The notes: generated by a model not told the origin, from the letters alone. Counted from the stretch's first letter, positions 25,503-38,126 are shown. The stretch is 64,000 nt of DNA from Felis catus (GCF_018350175.1 NC_058373.1:113462001-113526000); one strand, 5' to 3'. Numbers and translations: made by a program.

Positions 25503-27222
25503 CTGGAAACAGAAAAATGAAATGCCTGAATTCCTTCTCTTCGGTTTTGAATTTGGTATAGAGCATTGACATTTATACCATTATCCAAGTAAAATATATC
25601 AGGGAACCAACCAAACTCCTTTCTGTCCCTCACCTGTCACAGCCACTCACTCATCATTTTCTGTCCCTTCCATCTCTTAAATACCTCTTTAAATGTCCCC
25701 ATCTCTCCCTCCATCCCTGCCTCAGAAAGGGTCCTCAGCATTTATTGCCAGAACCTTTCCAATGGCTTCCCAGTTGGTGTCCTTGACTCTGTCAACCTAC
25801 TCTCTATTTTGCAGCTACAGCAAGCTTTCAAAAATGCAAATCTGGTCATGTTATGCTTGTGCTTAAAATTCTTCCATAGCTCTTCAGGGTAAAAGTATTC
25901 CACATTTGCAGTTTCAGTCCTTATGACCTAGCCTGGTTATCTCTTGAGACCAACTCCTGCCACCCACGACTTGTGCTCAACCCATAAAAGTCCTCTCCAC
26001 TCTGCCACTGGCTCTGGTCAATTTCAGTTAGCACCACCAAGCACTAAGTCCTGATGCCACAAGTCAGAGGTCAAGTCTATCACCTGTACGAGGAGCCACT
26101 GCTCAAGCCTATTTATACTTTCTCAAACAATCCACATATTCTCCTGTTGCTACCTTTGCAGTTGTCACTCCCACTTCTGGGCATGCCGTTTTGGCTTCTT
26201 TACCTACTAATTTCTCATACTTAAGAGGCTCAGATCAGGTGCTATACCTTTAAGAAATCTTCTCACCATCAGGCTAAGCTGTGTGTCTCTACCACTACAC
26301 TCATCCAATGACCTTGTGGTCTGTTTGTTAAGGTCTCCCCACTAACATGGGGCCCCCTTGAGGACACAGTGATTATTGCTGAGTAATTGTTGAGTGAGAG
26401 AATCCCCATCAATTTACTGCTCATTTCTAATCTCAGCAATATGGTATATGGATATTTGTCTTGTCCTCTACTCCGAGGGAGGCAAGCGGTATGTCAGCAT
26501 CACAGAACTGGCAATATAAGCATGGTATGTCTTCCTTCCTAGGAGACCAGTAATCATCATGGTAAATGATGACAAAAAGTGTTCATCTTAAATGCAATAA
26601 TTCTGTTGAGCAGAATATAAAATCAATTTAAGTGCATAAGCAAAACATGAGTAACTTGCTTTTGAGGAGTTTCTTTGGCTCATATTCCCAGATGGCCTAG
26701 GAGTCTTAGTTTCACCCTCCTTTGCTGCTAGAAGAAGTGAAAAAAACTGAGCAACAGTAAGCCAGCAAACAGTCTCAATCTGTCTTGTCAGAGGTATAAG
26801 CAGTTTCTGTCATTAGGTAAACTGTGTGTAGGGAGGTGTGGGGGCTGTCCTAGTTGTGGGTAACAAGCCAGGTTGACTAGCTGGATTAGAAATGATGGAA
26901 GTGATGCCCAAACATTCAACAGGTGTGAATATGTGCCTTTGAGTCCAACTGAAACCAGCGGAAGCAAGAGTGGTTGAAAAATTGGTGAAGCTACTGGCCT
27001 CAGACAGGAACCATGTGTCCTGATATGAGGAAGAACATCATGTAAGAGTCTTGAGTTCTGCTTCCTCTCACCCCTACTTCCTCTTAGAAGTTTCTCTGAC
27101 CAAAGTCAAACATTTCACTGTAGAGTTAATGACATTTCAGCATGAATGCTAAATTAAAACTTGCTCTAACTGTTCCAGATTTGAGATGCTCTCCACAATG
27201 AGACTTTAAGGAGTGTAAGGAC

Positions 27223-27267
27223 GGGGGGGGGGGGAGGGGGGGGGGAGGAGGGATGGGGGGGTGGTGG
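27223..27267 (+). repeat. Poly-G tract (G12-A-G10...G7), G-quadruplex-compatible
   Basis: seen directly. Confidence 0.9.
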
Positions 27268-27311
27268 TGCAGAGGTCAATGGATGTAGCGGCCCCACTGC
27301 AGGACACTCAC

Positions 27312-27448
27312 TCTTTGTTGTAGTAACTATAGCACTGGTCACACACGCGAGTAGGGCTCTCTCTGCAGCCTTCCACCCGCATTTTCTTAGTGGAGCAGGC
27401 ACTGCACACTAGCCGGCCACAGCGGCGACAATGATGACGCCTGTTGAA
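27312..27448 (-). CDS. ZFYVE26: ZFYVE26 exon 29 (137 nt): FNRRHHCRRCGRLVCSACSTKK...RVCDQCYSYYNK, FYVE core
   Basis: cag/gtgagt boundaries; R(R/K)HHCR and RVC PI3P-binding motifs. Confidence 0.96.
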
Positions 27449-28407
27449 CTGAGGAGTGTCATTGGGAAGAGAAGAGGCAAGAGGAGAAGGTGAGATTGCA
27501 GATATGGTGAGTACATCTGTCAACCCATTTACTTTTGGTATTAGCCACCTGTGACACACCTAGAATACCAGGTGTTCAGGCTTCTACTGAGAAACAACAC
27601 TTAGTCCTTGCCTTTAAGAAGCTGACATTTAAACGTTATCTCTCAGATGGTGGGCAAAGGTGACCAAGTAATGGAACAGTTAGTTTTGCAATAGTTCCTG
27701 ACAAGTTCTACCTGTCTGTGGAGGCAATGTGTGAAGACACAGCAAAACGTAGTGGGGAAGAAGGGACTTTCTCAATCAACACATATCACGTTTCTTCACG
27801 ACACTGATGATGAGGAGAAAGTATCTTTTTTTTTTTTTCAAAATGCTTTTACTAGTACTGTCTTATTCCACTGTAAGAGGCTGATAGATATACTTCTTTC
27901 ATAGATGAGGGGAAAAGAGTCACAGAGAGATCACATTATCATTGTTCTCATCAGCCCTGAACTAATAAGCCAGTCAGTACTGTGGTAAGTGTGGTACCAT
28001 TTGTTATCATACCCAGTCCTTACAGTTCCATGGGCCAACAAATATATCATCCCTAGCTTACAAGTGAGCATCTGAGACTGAAAAAGTCACACTGCTAGTA
28101 AGAGGCAGAGCTGGGATTAGAACCTATGTCCTCTGTCTCCAGAGCTAGCACATAAAACCACTACTAGCCACCTGTCTTACTGTGAAAGGGGAGCTAGAAA
28201 GAAGATTGCTTGGTGTTTGGTGACTCCTTCTGCTATACCACTCTGCCTCTGTTTATTCTTTCATTAGAATGGAGAAAAAAAGATTTTAAAATTTAAAGCT
28301 CCTTGAAGGTGTCTACCACCTGTCTGAATATAGAAAATATTTCTGGTTGGGTCAAAGATAAACCCATAGTCTTAGATTTGGTAGTTCTTCTAAAAATACC
28401 AATATCA

Positions 28408-28640
28408 AGGGGCGCCTGGGTGGCTCGGTCAGTTACATGTCCCACTTTGGCTCAGGTCATAATCTCATGATTCAGGGGTTGGAGTCCTGGGTCGGGCTCT
28501 GTGCTGACAGCTTGAGCCTGGAGCCTGCTTCAGATTCTCTGTTTCTCTCTCTCTCTGCCCCTCCCCTGCTTGCACTCTGTCTCTCTCTCTCTTTCCCCCC
28601 CTCAAAAATTAAAATAATAAAAACATTAAAAAAATTAAAA
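28408..28640 (+). mobile_element. CAN-SINE
   Basis: TSD aaaataccaatatc on both sides. Confidence 0.92.
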
Positions 28641-28749
28641 ATACCAATATCCTCTTAGGGACAGGAGGTGACTATAAACTCCAGGCTCACGAACTGGTGG
28701 TTTCCTTTCAGTTCCCCTGCTGGTAAAGCTGGAGACCAACGCTGCTTAC

Positions 28750-28913
28750 CATGGTGAAGCGCTCCCTGCAGCAGACCATGCAGACGCTTGCACTCTCATC
28801 GGGCACCCACTGATGCCTGCCAGGGGGTGTTGCTGGGGGGACAAACTCTGGGGGGGCCTGATTCTCTGGGAAGCTCCTCTCCCTTGGACTGGGGGAACGT
28901 ACAGTGGAGACAC
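28750..28913 (-). CDS. ZFYVE26: ZFYVE26 exon 28 (164 nt): ...HQWVPDESASVCMVCCRERFTM, N-terminal half of the FYVE finger
   Basis: cag/gtaagc boundaries; WxxD motif and first CxxC. Confidence 0.93.
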
Positions 28914-29079
28914 CTGGGAGTCAGAACGAAAGTCAGAGTAAAAGGCGATCAATAGTCCAGCTAATAAAGGAAGGAGGAATTAGAAAATTATAATTTCTCC
29001 ATGTTTCAAACCCCTACTGAAGTTATATATCCAGCCAATGGTCATCAGTGGCTGACTGTGTCATAGAGAGATACCAGGC

Positions 29080-29715
29080 ATTGAGTGTCTCCTGATGGCA
29101 GGCATACAAATACCTATCAAATACACTTATCAGAAAATATTAAGCCTAAATGAAATCAAGCTTCTATATCTACCTACGAGTGTACTGGAAATACAGGGGA
29201 CGGAGACCCAGACTGCAGGGTGGCAATCAGCAAAACCTAACATGTGAGAAGCTCTACAGGACAAATGACCTAGTTTCCTCCACAAATAAAAAAGAGGCAG
29301 GGAAACCAATTGATGAAAAGAGATTTAAGAGGTATTTTAGCTAAATACCATATATGGACATTATTTACATCTTAATGCTAGAAAAATCAATTCTAAAAAA
29401 AAACATTGAGACAACTGGGGAAATGATAATAATAAGAAATCATTAATTTGTTTTTAGGCATGATAATGATCTTACGGTTTTGCTTTATAAATATCCTTAC
29501 CTTTTAGAGACATATACTGATATATTCATAAACATAATCGTATGATATCTAGGATCTGCTTCAAAATAATCCAGTAGAGGGTCAAGGGTATAATGGAACA
29601 AGAGTGGCCATCATGAGATGATAATTATTGTAGTTGGGCTATAGGTATGTGAGACTTCATTACATTATTCTACTTTAGAGTTTTGGAAAATGTCCACAAT
29701 AAAAAACTAAAAAAA
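29080..29715 (+). mobile_element. Old L1M-type 3' fragment
   Basis: L1M-like 3' UTR motifs (ccttaccttttagagacatatactga, tgcttcaaaataatcc, cataataaa-like end) and A tail. Confidence 0.55.
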
Positions 29716-30176
29716 AAGGGTAAACCAAAGCTGCTCAGGCTGCCATACGCAGATGCATGAGGCTGTTCATAAAACTGTAAGTCTGCGCCTTTCCCTCAGG
29801 TCTGCTGGTTACTGTACAGCATGGCTAATTTTTAAAGTATGGCCATGAAATGCCACAGTCTTTGCTCTATGGTATTCAAGGAAACTTCTTGTCCCTAGCA
29901 GAGCAATGTTGGCAGGTCACGGAAAAAGAGAACTGAAAAATACAGTGACTCTTGGCAGTGCCCAAAAATCTCTCCCTGGAATCCCACTCCCTTAATCGTT
30001 GGCAAAACAAACACTTGCTGAGCTTCTTCTGAGGAGGGCAGGCCATTGAGCAAGGGGCCAGAAACTGTGGGAAAGGAGGCGTGGTGAAAAGGGGTCATCA
30101 GACATGGCTGAGGCCTTCAAGGAGACTGCATCCTGTGTAGGAGACATAAATGACAAACTGCAGCATAGGACTAAAT

Positions 30177-30720
30177 ACAGTCTATCATCCCCATTAGTGA
30201 AGTCTGTATTTATGCATTTTGCCAGTCACCAAAATTTATCTGTAACCTCAAAATCAGTATTTGCAGTGCCTTTGTAGACACGGGCAGAGTGGCGAATGAG
30301 TGAGTCACCTGACATGCCGGTTTCCATCTGAGGTTGAACAAGGTGACATTCTGCTTTCTTATTTCAGCTCTCATACAGAGGTGACCAGAGGACGGAGATG
30401 GTAGGGGACAGTGTGGTGTGGTGCCAGAATATCTGGCTCTTGGGCTAGTGGGCCAGGGTCTGAATCCCAAACACTCATTAGGCACTCATTAGTGGGCTTG
30501 CCTCAGGTGAGTCACTCTAACACTTCTAGACCTCTTTTTCTCTTTGGTAAAAAAAGAAAATAAAATCTACTAGGATGAATGGTTTTCAATTTAAGATTAT
30601 AATCTAAGTGACACACACACACATACATACACTTTCCCTAGGAGCAATGGTCTAGTATTTGCTAATTCAGGGTTTGCAGAGATCTTCTAGAAATACTACT
30701 GTAAGTAAAAAAAATCAACT
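30177..30720. mobile_element. TcMar-Tigger-like DNA transposon relic
   Basis: Motif tctgaggttgaacaaggtgacattctgctttcttatttcagctctcatac resembles Tigger-family MITEs; family assignment from memory. Confidence 0.5.
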
Positions 30721-30787
30721 GTTAAATTTTCTGGGATATAGCTGGAATGGACAAAGGAAAACAATGAATAAGAATGCTGTAACTGAA

Positions 30788-30990
30788 GGGGGCACCTGGG
30801 TGGCTCAGTTGGTTGAGCGTCAGGCTCTTGATTTTGGCTCAGGTCATGATCCCGTGGTTTGTGAGATTGAGCCCCACATTGGGCTCTGTGCTCATAGTGT
30901 AGGGCCAGCTTGGGATTCTCTCTCTTCCTCTCTCTCTGCCTTTCCACACCCCCGCCCAATAAATAAATGAACTTAAAAAAAAAAAAAAAA
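30788..30990 (+). mobile_element. CAN-SINE
   Basis: TSD aagaatgYtgtaactg on both sides. Confidence 0.9.
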
Positions 30991-31086
30991 AGAATGTTGT
31001 AACTGGAAATGAAAAAAGAAGCAAAAGAATTGGAAATAAGGCAAGATTGAACTAACCAATGGGTAACCCTCAGAACCTGTTCTTAC

Positions 31087-31182
31087 CAGGAGCAGCAGCA
31101 GAAGAGAACTCTGCTGATGGAGATCTAGACAAGGTCTCAAGGTCTGAAGCCTGCCCAACTTCCTGGAGATGAATCACAGAAT
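31087..31182 (-). CDS. ZFYVE26: ZFYVE26 exon 27 (96 nt): SVIHLQEVGQASDLETLSRSPSAEFSSAAAP
   Basis: cag/gtaaga boundaries, phase 1-1; read by hand. Confidence 0.9.
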
Positions 31183-31384
31183 CTGTAGAGAGGGAAAATG
31201 CTGACAAGATATATTCTACCATAAGCATCTTTCCTCACCATGCTAGGCATTTAATTTAAAGCCTTGTTGTTTGCTGAATGTTATCACATGATTCTACTAG
31301 GTATAAAAAGTGTGCCAGAGGTACTTTCATGCTTCTTAAACTCCTCAAAAAGCAAAAGAGATAAGGAAGCAGCTGCTAGGATTT

Positions 31385-31490
31385 TATTTTATATATATAT
31401 ATGTATATATATATATATCTTTTTTTTTAATATATATATAATACACATACATACGTATTATGTATACATATATATACATTTTTTTTTTAC
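31385..31490. repeat. (TA)n-rich low-complexity tract
   Basis: seen directly. Confidence 0.85.
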
Positions 31491-31967
31491 AAAAAAATGC
31501 CCAGAGGGAAATAGAAGACAATTAAATGATAGCCCTGGAGGGTAGTAAGAAAAAAAAAAGCTGTCTGGGAACATCAGCTGACATTCCATTTTACTCATTC
31601 TAGAAGAGGCTCAGCTCGCATAGTAGTGGTATCTGAGGTGACCCTGGGAATAAAGCATACCATCAACACAGAATGACGGTACTTTAGAGTCCACTGCACT
31701 GAGGCCAGACAGAGACCACTCCCAGCATGTTTTGTTTCCCAAACCTTTATTGTCTGCACAGTTCTAATCTACCATCCCTTAATTTTGGTTAGCCTGCTAC
31801 TTCCTCCAGGGCCAAGAGCTCTCCTATATAACAAAGAGCTCTCTCTCTCCTGACATGTATTCCTTTCACTCTTGATCAACTCAACAGAAGAAGAGAAATT
31901 AAAACTAAGGATGTAGTATGGTGTGTCTTCCTCCAGGTGGAGCACCCATTAGTATGTTGGCAGTTAC

Positions 31968-32214
31968 CTGATCGTTTCTCCCTCAGAGAGTACGGGAAAT
32001 CCAAGGCTTTTCCTGCATATCTGGAAAGCAGTGAGTCAACCTCATCCATGGTAAAGCCAATCTCCTGCCCAGTTAGCAGCTGCTGCAGAGTCTGCACAGC
32101 CACAGTGGCCCAGTCCACTTTCATGTTCATGAGTAGCTGTTCCAGCATGAGGAGGGGGTTAGAAGACAAATGGGAGTAGTTGGCCCGGTGTGGCTCAGGT
32201 AAGGTCAGTAGAAC
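31968..32214 (-). CDS. ZFYVE26: ZFYVE26 exon 26 (247 nt): VLLTLPEPHRANYSHLSSNP...LREKRS
   Basis: cag/gtaact boundaries. Confidence 0.93.
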
Positions 32215-32448
32215 CTGTTTGTAGGATAGATTCACACAATAAAGAAAACAGTACACTAGCATTTCAGAAGAAAGTCAAGGTTCTTATTGCGGACAGGGGG
32301 TGGGGGGGCGGACAGAGGATCAGGGACCAAAGGCACATGGCCAACTATTAGAATTGGCTAGCAGTCTTTTAGGAAGCAAGGCTGAACTCCTCTATTTAAA
32401 TCTTTCAGGTGGCAATCAAGAAGTACTTTAAGTACCTTTACCTAGATG

Positions 32449-32660
32449 AGGGGTTGGCTAACTTTCTCTGTAAGGGGTCAGATAGTATGTATTTTAGGCT
32501 TTATGGGTCATAAAGTCTCTGTGGCAACTACTCAACTCTGCCAATATAGTGTGACAACAGCCATAATCCATACATAAAGGAATGTATGGACTGTGTTCCG
32601 TAAAAACCTGATTTACAAAAGCCAGCTGAGAACTGGATTTGGCCCACAGGTGGCACCTCT
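32449..32660 (+). mobile_element. MER58A-like hAT-Charlie MITE
   Basis: aggggttggctaactttctctgtaagggg...caactactcaactctgcc...ggatttggcccacagg. Confidence 0.75.
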
Positions 32661-33239
32661 AGGCGTAGTTGAGCTCTGCCTGATCCTTAAAGCCAACATT
32701 CTGTCTATTCGAGGCATTAGTAGAATGAGCAATATAATAGTAGAATGAGGCATTATTAGAATGAGCAATAGGAGGCTGTCTAAGTTAAGCACTTCTAGGG
32801 TCCTATAGGTAAATTATGTCTCTAAACTCCTAGATGTTGTTATCACTAGATATGAAATATGTTCACTGGGTCTGCTCATTGCCAATTTTCAAGGATTCAT
32901 TCACCCATTTAGGTACAGTGCATTAAAAAAAAAAGAGTGCATTTTCCTTAGGAACATTTTATGTAGTTGAACTCTTAGCAAGTGAGCAGTGGCCATATTC
33001 ACGGCACTTGTACTTGTGGGGTGAGGTCCATACTCACGGCATGGTAGATATGACTGCCAATTGGAATCATTAGAACAGTGTCAGATGGGTCCATTTCTCC
33101 CCAGACCCTCCTTCACTAGATTACTTTTTCTAGTTTATAATTTCTTCTGTTAGTGTCTCTAAGGTTACACATCAAACATAAAGGCCTCATTACCTAGACA
33201 GCTAACTCTTTTTTCTTTAGCTCAGACTAGGTTATCAAG

Positions 33240-33402
33240 CAGTGGTTTGAAATCCTCACATGAGAATCCCTTTGGAAGATAGCTAAGCCCTGTCCCAAGA
33301 GATTCAGTTTTAATTGATCTGGGGTAAAGGTCAATGTTTTTTTTTTTTTTTTTTCTAAGTCCAAGTGATTCTACCATATAGTCAGCATTGGGAAGCACTG
33401 AT
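33240..33402. mobile_element. MER5-like hAT MITE
   Basis: cagtgg... start and ...tgggaagcactg end; ccaagtgattct motif. Confidence 0.55.
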
Positions 33403-33667
33403 ACAGCAGACACCAGGGAAACCATGAAGAAAAGTCAGGAGGACCACCCAGAATTCACTTTGGAGGCAAGGCAAGATGAGAATGACTACTCCTAAGGGAC
33501 TCAACTAGGATATGGTGTGCTGTTACGGTAAAGGTTTTATACAGCACAGACCAAGAATGGCAGGTGCCTGGGAGAAGAGCCATTGAAAGCATAAGTTCTG
33601 AAGTGGGAACTAGGCCGGCAGTCTCTCCCCCAGGGATGGCTTCCCACCACCCCATTTTCTTCCTGAC

Positions 33668-33844
33668 CTTGGATCCTATGTATAGCGCCTGGATTTCACG
33701 GTGTCGGACAGCAGACAGTTCTCCGTAGAAGTGGGTGGTGAGGTAGTTGGCCAGGAAGTGAGAAGCGGCTAAGCTAGGGTGCTGGTCAAGGGATTGCTCT
33801 GTGACCTCAAGGCACATGGTGGGGTCAGGAATTCTTCGTAGGAG
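33668..33844 (-). CDS. ZFYVE26: ZFYVE26 exon 25 (177 nt): LLRRIPDPTMCLEVTEQSL...LYIGSK
   Basis: cag/gtcagg boundaries. Confidence 0.93.
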
Positions 33845-34243
33845 CTGTTGTAGGAGAAGCGTAGAGGAGAAAGGTGAGGACCATAAAGAACTCAGTCCAG
33901 CCCTGTTTTGAGAATGAACATTTAGGTTTATTCATTTTGGATTAATCCCTTCTCTGTACTCTTTTTTTTTGCCATCTCTGTAGCTTCACAAATGATGGCT
34001 TCGACCAGAGTTTAGCAGAATCCTGGACTCAGCTGACCATTTGGTATAAAAGGCAAGGCTACGCACCTTCTGCTGAAGATGACTACAATCATCTTGAGGA
34101 CACAAAGGACTCCTTAAGGACATGAAGGGGCAGAAATGAGACTGCAAATGCTTTGCATGGGATTCAGCATGAACAAAGTCATCTGAATTGACTAAACTTT
34201 TTGTATTATCCCAAAAGAAAAATGGCAAATGATGGAGGCTTAC

Positions 34244-34366
34244 TTGCAGAGCCTTTTCATGATCTCCTTTTTCTAGAAGGTGGAGAAGATGCTTTTGATG
34301 TAGGCTGATTAAATGCTCTCTTGGAATGGGGTAGAGGCAGCCCCACTCTTCACACAGTCCATACTC
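34244..34366 (-). CDS. ZFYVE26: ZFYVE26 exon 24 (123 nt): EYGLCEEWGCLYPIPREHL...EKALQ
   Basis: cag/gtaagc boundaries. Confidence 0.93.
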
Positions 34367-34719
34367 CTGGAAGGAAACACACACGGCTTGAATCTCTTTA
34401 AATCACCGGCCTTGTCACACATCCAGCTTTTGCCAGATTTTTCTCAGCAGTCTTGAGTCTGCTGGAGTCCCCAGGAAAGTCTGGTAAGTGTTGATGGGAA
34501 GTTCATTATTGGATTAAAGTGGGTTCATAAACTCAAAGGACTACAGTGGCAAGGGAGTCATGAAAACGATCGAAGTAGGCTGATGATGAATATCACTTTC
34601 TTCTGTGATCTAGTATAAAAAAGAAAAAGAGGACATCTAGTGACTGACATTTGGTGTCAACCCTGGGGAGATAGTAAGGAAATGGGGAATACTGAGAAGA
34701 CTGTCCAAAGGAGACAGTG

Positions 34720-34831
34720 CCGAGTAACGTATGGAATTGCTGAATTACTACATTGTATGCTGAAACTAATATAACACTATATATTAATTATATTTGAATT
34801 AAAATACATAAACAAAAGAACAAAACAAACA
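34720..34831 (+). mobile_element. Very short 5'-truncated carnivore L1 3' end with TSD
   Basis: tgaaactaatataacactat...A-rich tail; caaaggagacagtg at 34706-34719 and 34832-34845. Confidence 0.8.
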
Positions 34832-34946
34832 CAAAGGAGACAGTGTCTACTCAACTCTGACTGTTACCATATATGCAAGGCCCAGTGTTGCCAGACTTCA
34901 AAAATTAAACAAAATTTTCTTCAATCAAAAAATTTCCATATTTCAA

Positions 34947-35156
34947 GGGGCGCCTGGGTGGCTCAGTTGAGCGTCTGACTTCGGCTCAGATTATGATCTT
35001 GCAGTTCATGGGTTCGAGCCCCATGTCGGGCTCTGTGCTGACAGCTCAGAGCTACAGCCTGCTTCGGATTCTGTGTCTCCCTCTCTCTGCCCCTTCTCCA
35101 CTTGCACTCTGTCTCTGTCTCTCAAAAATAAATAAACATTAAAAAATTAAAAAAAA
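34947..35156 (+). mobile_element. CAN-SINE
   Basis: TSD tttccatatttcaa on both sides. Confidence 0.92.
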
Positions 35157-35686
35157 TTTTTTCCATATTTCAAAATGTCGGGAAGAGATCACAATATGAA
35201 AAATTAAAATTTGGCAGACCAATACTGCATAGGCCAAACAAACATGCTGGGCATTGGATTCCATCTGTGTCCCCATTTGCTAGCCCCCACTCCCAATTTG
35301 TGAACGTTGGATTAAAGTTTCAGAGAATGTCCTAGTATTTTAATGTGGTGCCATCTGGAACGTCCTCCCCACAACTCTGCCACCTCGTTTGGAGTGCTTC
35401 TTGGTTTCGCAGGCCCCATTAGGTGCCCTGCCTGTGCTCCCTCCACAATCTGTCACTTGATATATCGCAGTCATCTAGGGATGTGCCTCACATCACCACC
35501 CTTCCCCAAATGTGAGCTGCACAAGGTCAAGGGCTAAGCTTAACTGTCTTGTCTCACCACCACGAAGTAGAGTGGCAAATTACAGATGAGCAATAAAAGT
35601 TTCCTCAATGAATGAGTGAACATCTGAATGAGTACATTCACATTTTGAACTATGGTATATTTAGCTCCTTAAAAAATGAAATTCTA

Positions 35687-35908
35687 GGGGCGCCTGGGTG
35701 GCGCAGTCGGTTAAGCGTCTGACTTCAGCCAGGTCACAATCTCGCGGTCCGTGAGTTCGAGCCCCATGTCGGGCTCTGGGCTGATGGCTCAGAGCCTGGA
35801 GCCTGTTTCCGATTCTGTGTCTCCCTCTCTCTCTGCCCCTCCCCCGTTCATGCTCTGTCTCTCTCTGTCCCCAAAATAAATAAACGTTGAAAAAAAAAAT
35901 TAAAAAAT
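35687..35908 (+). mobile_element. Young felid SINEC_Fc-type element
   Basis: TSD aaaatgaaattcta 35673-35686 / 35909-35922. Confidence 0.95.
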
Positions 35909-36322
35909 AAAATGAAATTCTATTTAGCACTCAAGTGTTCAATAAACATTTGAAAAGATATTCAAGGTCATTAGTAACCATGGAAACGTAAATTCCAACA
36001 GTAATGAGATCTCATCTTATAGGCACAAAGGGAAAAGCTGGACAATACTGAATGCTCTAAGAATGTGGAGCAATAGGAACTGCAAGTGGACAACTGGTCT
36101 GAAAAGCAATTTCTAACATCTCGGTAAAGGTGAGGATGCTCATGCCTGACGATTCAGCAATTTCACCACTAGCGCTACATTCTGTACTTAGGGTGTACAG
36201 TGTGGGGTGACAGTATAAAAGCATCAATTGTATTATTCTCTACACTTTTCTGTACGTTGGTAAATTTCACACACAAAAAGAGAAAAGAATGTGATGTAGT
36301 TACCAAGAAAATGTAGACGTTG

Positions 36323-38126
36323 CAATCGCTATCCAAATAACACCAGGATTCTTCACAGAGCTAGAACAAACAATCTTAAAATTTGTATGGAACCAGAAAA
36401 AACTGCGAATAGTCAAAGCAATCTTGAAAAAGAAACACAAAGCAGGAGGCATCACAATCCCGGACTTCAAGCTTATTAAAAAGCTGTAATCATCAAGACA
36501 GTATAGTACTGGCACAAAAACAGACACTCAGATCAATGGAATAGAGAACCCAGAAATGCACCCACAAATGTATGGCCAACTAATCTTTGACAAAGCAGGA
36601 AAGAATAACCAATGGAATAAAGACAGTCTCTTCAGCAAGTGGTGATGGGAAAACTGGACAGCAACATGCACAAAAATGAACCTGGACCACTTTCTTACAC
36701 CATACAAAAAAATAAACTCAAAATGGATGAAAAGACCTAAATGTAAGACAGGAAGCCTCAAAATCCTCGAGGAGAAAGCAGGCAAAAACCTCTTTGATCT
36801 TGCCCGCAGCAACTTCTTACTCAACACGTCTCCAGAGGCAAGGGAAACAAAAACAAAAATACTACTGGGACCTTATCAAAATAAGAAGCTTCTGCACAGC
36901 GAAGAAAATAATCAGCAAAACTAAAAGGCAACCGATGGAATGGGAGAAGATATTTGCAAACAATATATCAGATAAAGGGTTAGTATCCAGAATCTATAAA
37001 GAACTTATCAAACTCGACACCCAAAAAACAAATAATCCAGTGAAAAAATGGGCAAAAGACATGAATAGACACTTCTCCAAAGAAGACATCCAGATAGCCA
37101 GCCAACACATGAAAAAATGCTCAACATCGCTCATCATCAGGGAAATGCAAATCAAAACTACAATAAGATAACCACATCACACCTGTCAGAATGGCTAACA
37201 TTAACAACTCAGGCAACAACAGATGTTGGGGAGGATGCAGAGAAAGAGGATCTCTTTTGCACTGCTGGTAGGATTGCAAATTGGTGCAGCCACTCTGGAA
37301 AACAGTATGGAGGTTCCTCAAAAAATTAAACATAGAACTACCCTACAACCCAGCAAGTGCACTACTAGGTATTTATCCAAGGGATACAGGTGTGCTGTTT
37401 CAACGTTTATTTATTTTTGGGACAGAGAGAGACAGAGCATGAATGGGCGAGGGGCAGAGAGAGAGGGAGACACAGAATCGGAAACAGGCTCCAGGCTCCG
37501 AGCCATCAGCCCAGAGCCTGACGCGGGGCTCGAACTCACGGACCGCGAGATCGTGACCTGGCTGAAGTCGGACGCTTAACCGACTGCGCCACCCAGGCGC
37601 CACCAGGTGTGCTGTTTCGAAGGGACACATGCACCCCCATGTTTATAGCAGCACTATCAACAATAGCCAAAGTATGGAAAGAGCCCAAATGTCCATCGAT
37701 GGATGAATGGATAAAGAAGATGGGGTACAATGGAGTATTACTCGACAATCAAAAGAGAATGAAATCTTGCCATTTGCGACTACATGGATGGAACTAGAGG
37801 GTTTTATGCTAAGCAAAATTAGTCAGTCAGAGAAAGACAAATAACATATGATTTCACTCATATGAGGACTTTAAGACAGGGAACAGATGGACACAAGGGA
37901 AAGGAAGCAAAAATAATATAAAAACAGGGAGGGGGATAAAACATAAGAGACTTTCAAGTATGGAGGACAGAGGGCTACTGGAGGGGTTATGGGAGGGGGA
38001 TGGGCTAAATGGGTATGTCATTATTGCATTATATGTTAACTAACTTGGATGTAGATTACCAATATAAAAAATAAAAAAATATATAATTACTTAATAAATC
38101 TAAAAAAAAAAATGGGGAAAAAAAAA
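36323..38126 (+). mobile_element. 5'-truncated carnivore L1 (ORF2 C-terminus, 3' UTR, poly-A), antisense to the gene
   Basis: ORF2-like peptides ([28 protein letters not shown]); A tail; TSD aagaaaatgtRgacRttg 36305-36322 / 38127-38144. Confidence 0.93.
37402..37603 (-). mobile_element. Young SINEC_Fc-type element nested in L1, lacking a poly-A tail
   Basis: TSD caggtgtgctgtttc 37387-37401 / 37604-37618. Confidence 0.93.

Noticed and set aside
35661..37748. ORFs with peptides such as GAWVAQSVKRPTSARSRS and WDRERQSMNG
   Set aside because: Translations of CAN-SINE and frameshifted L1 sequence, recurring wherever SINEs occur.
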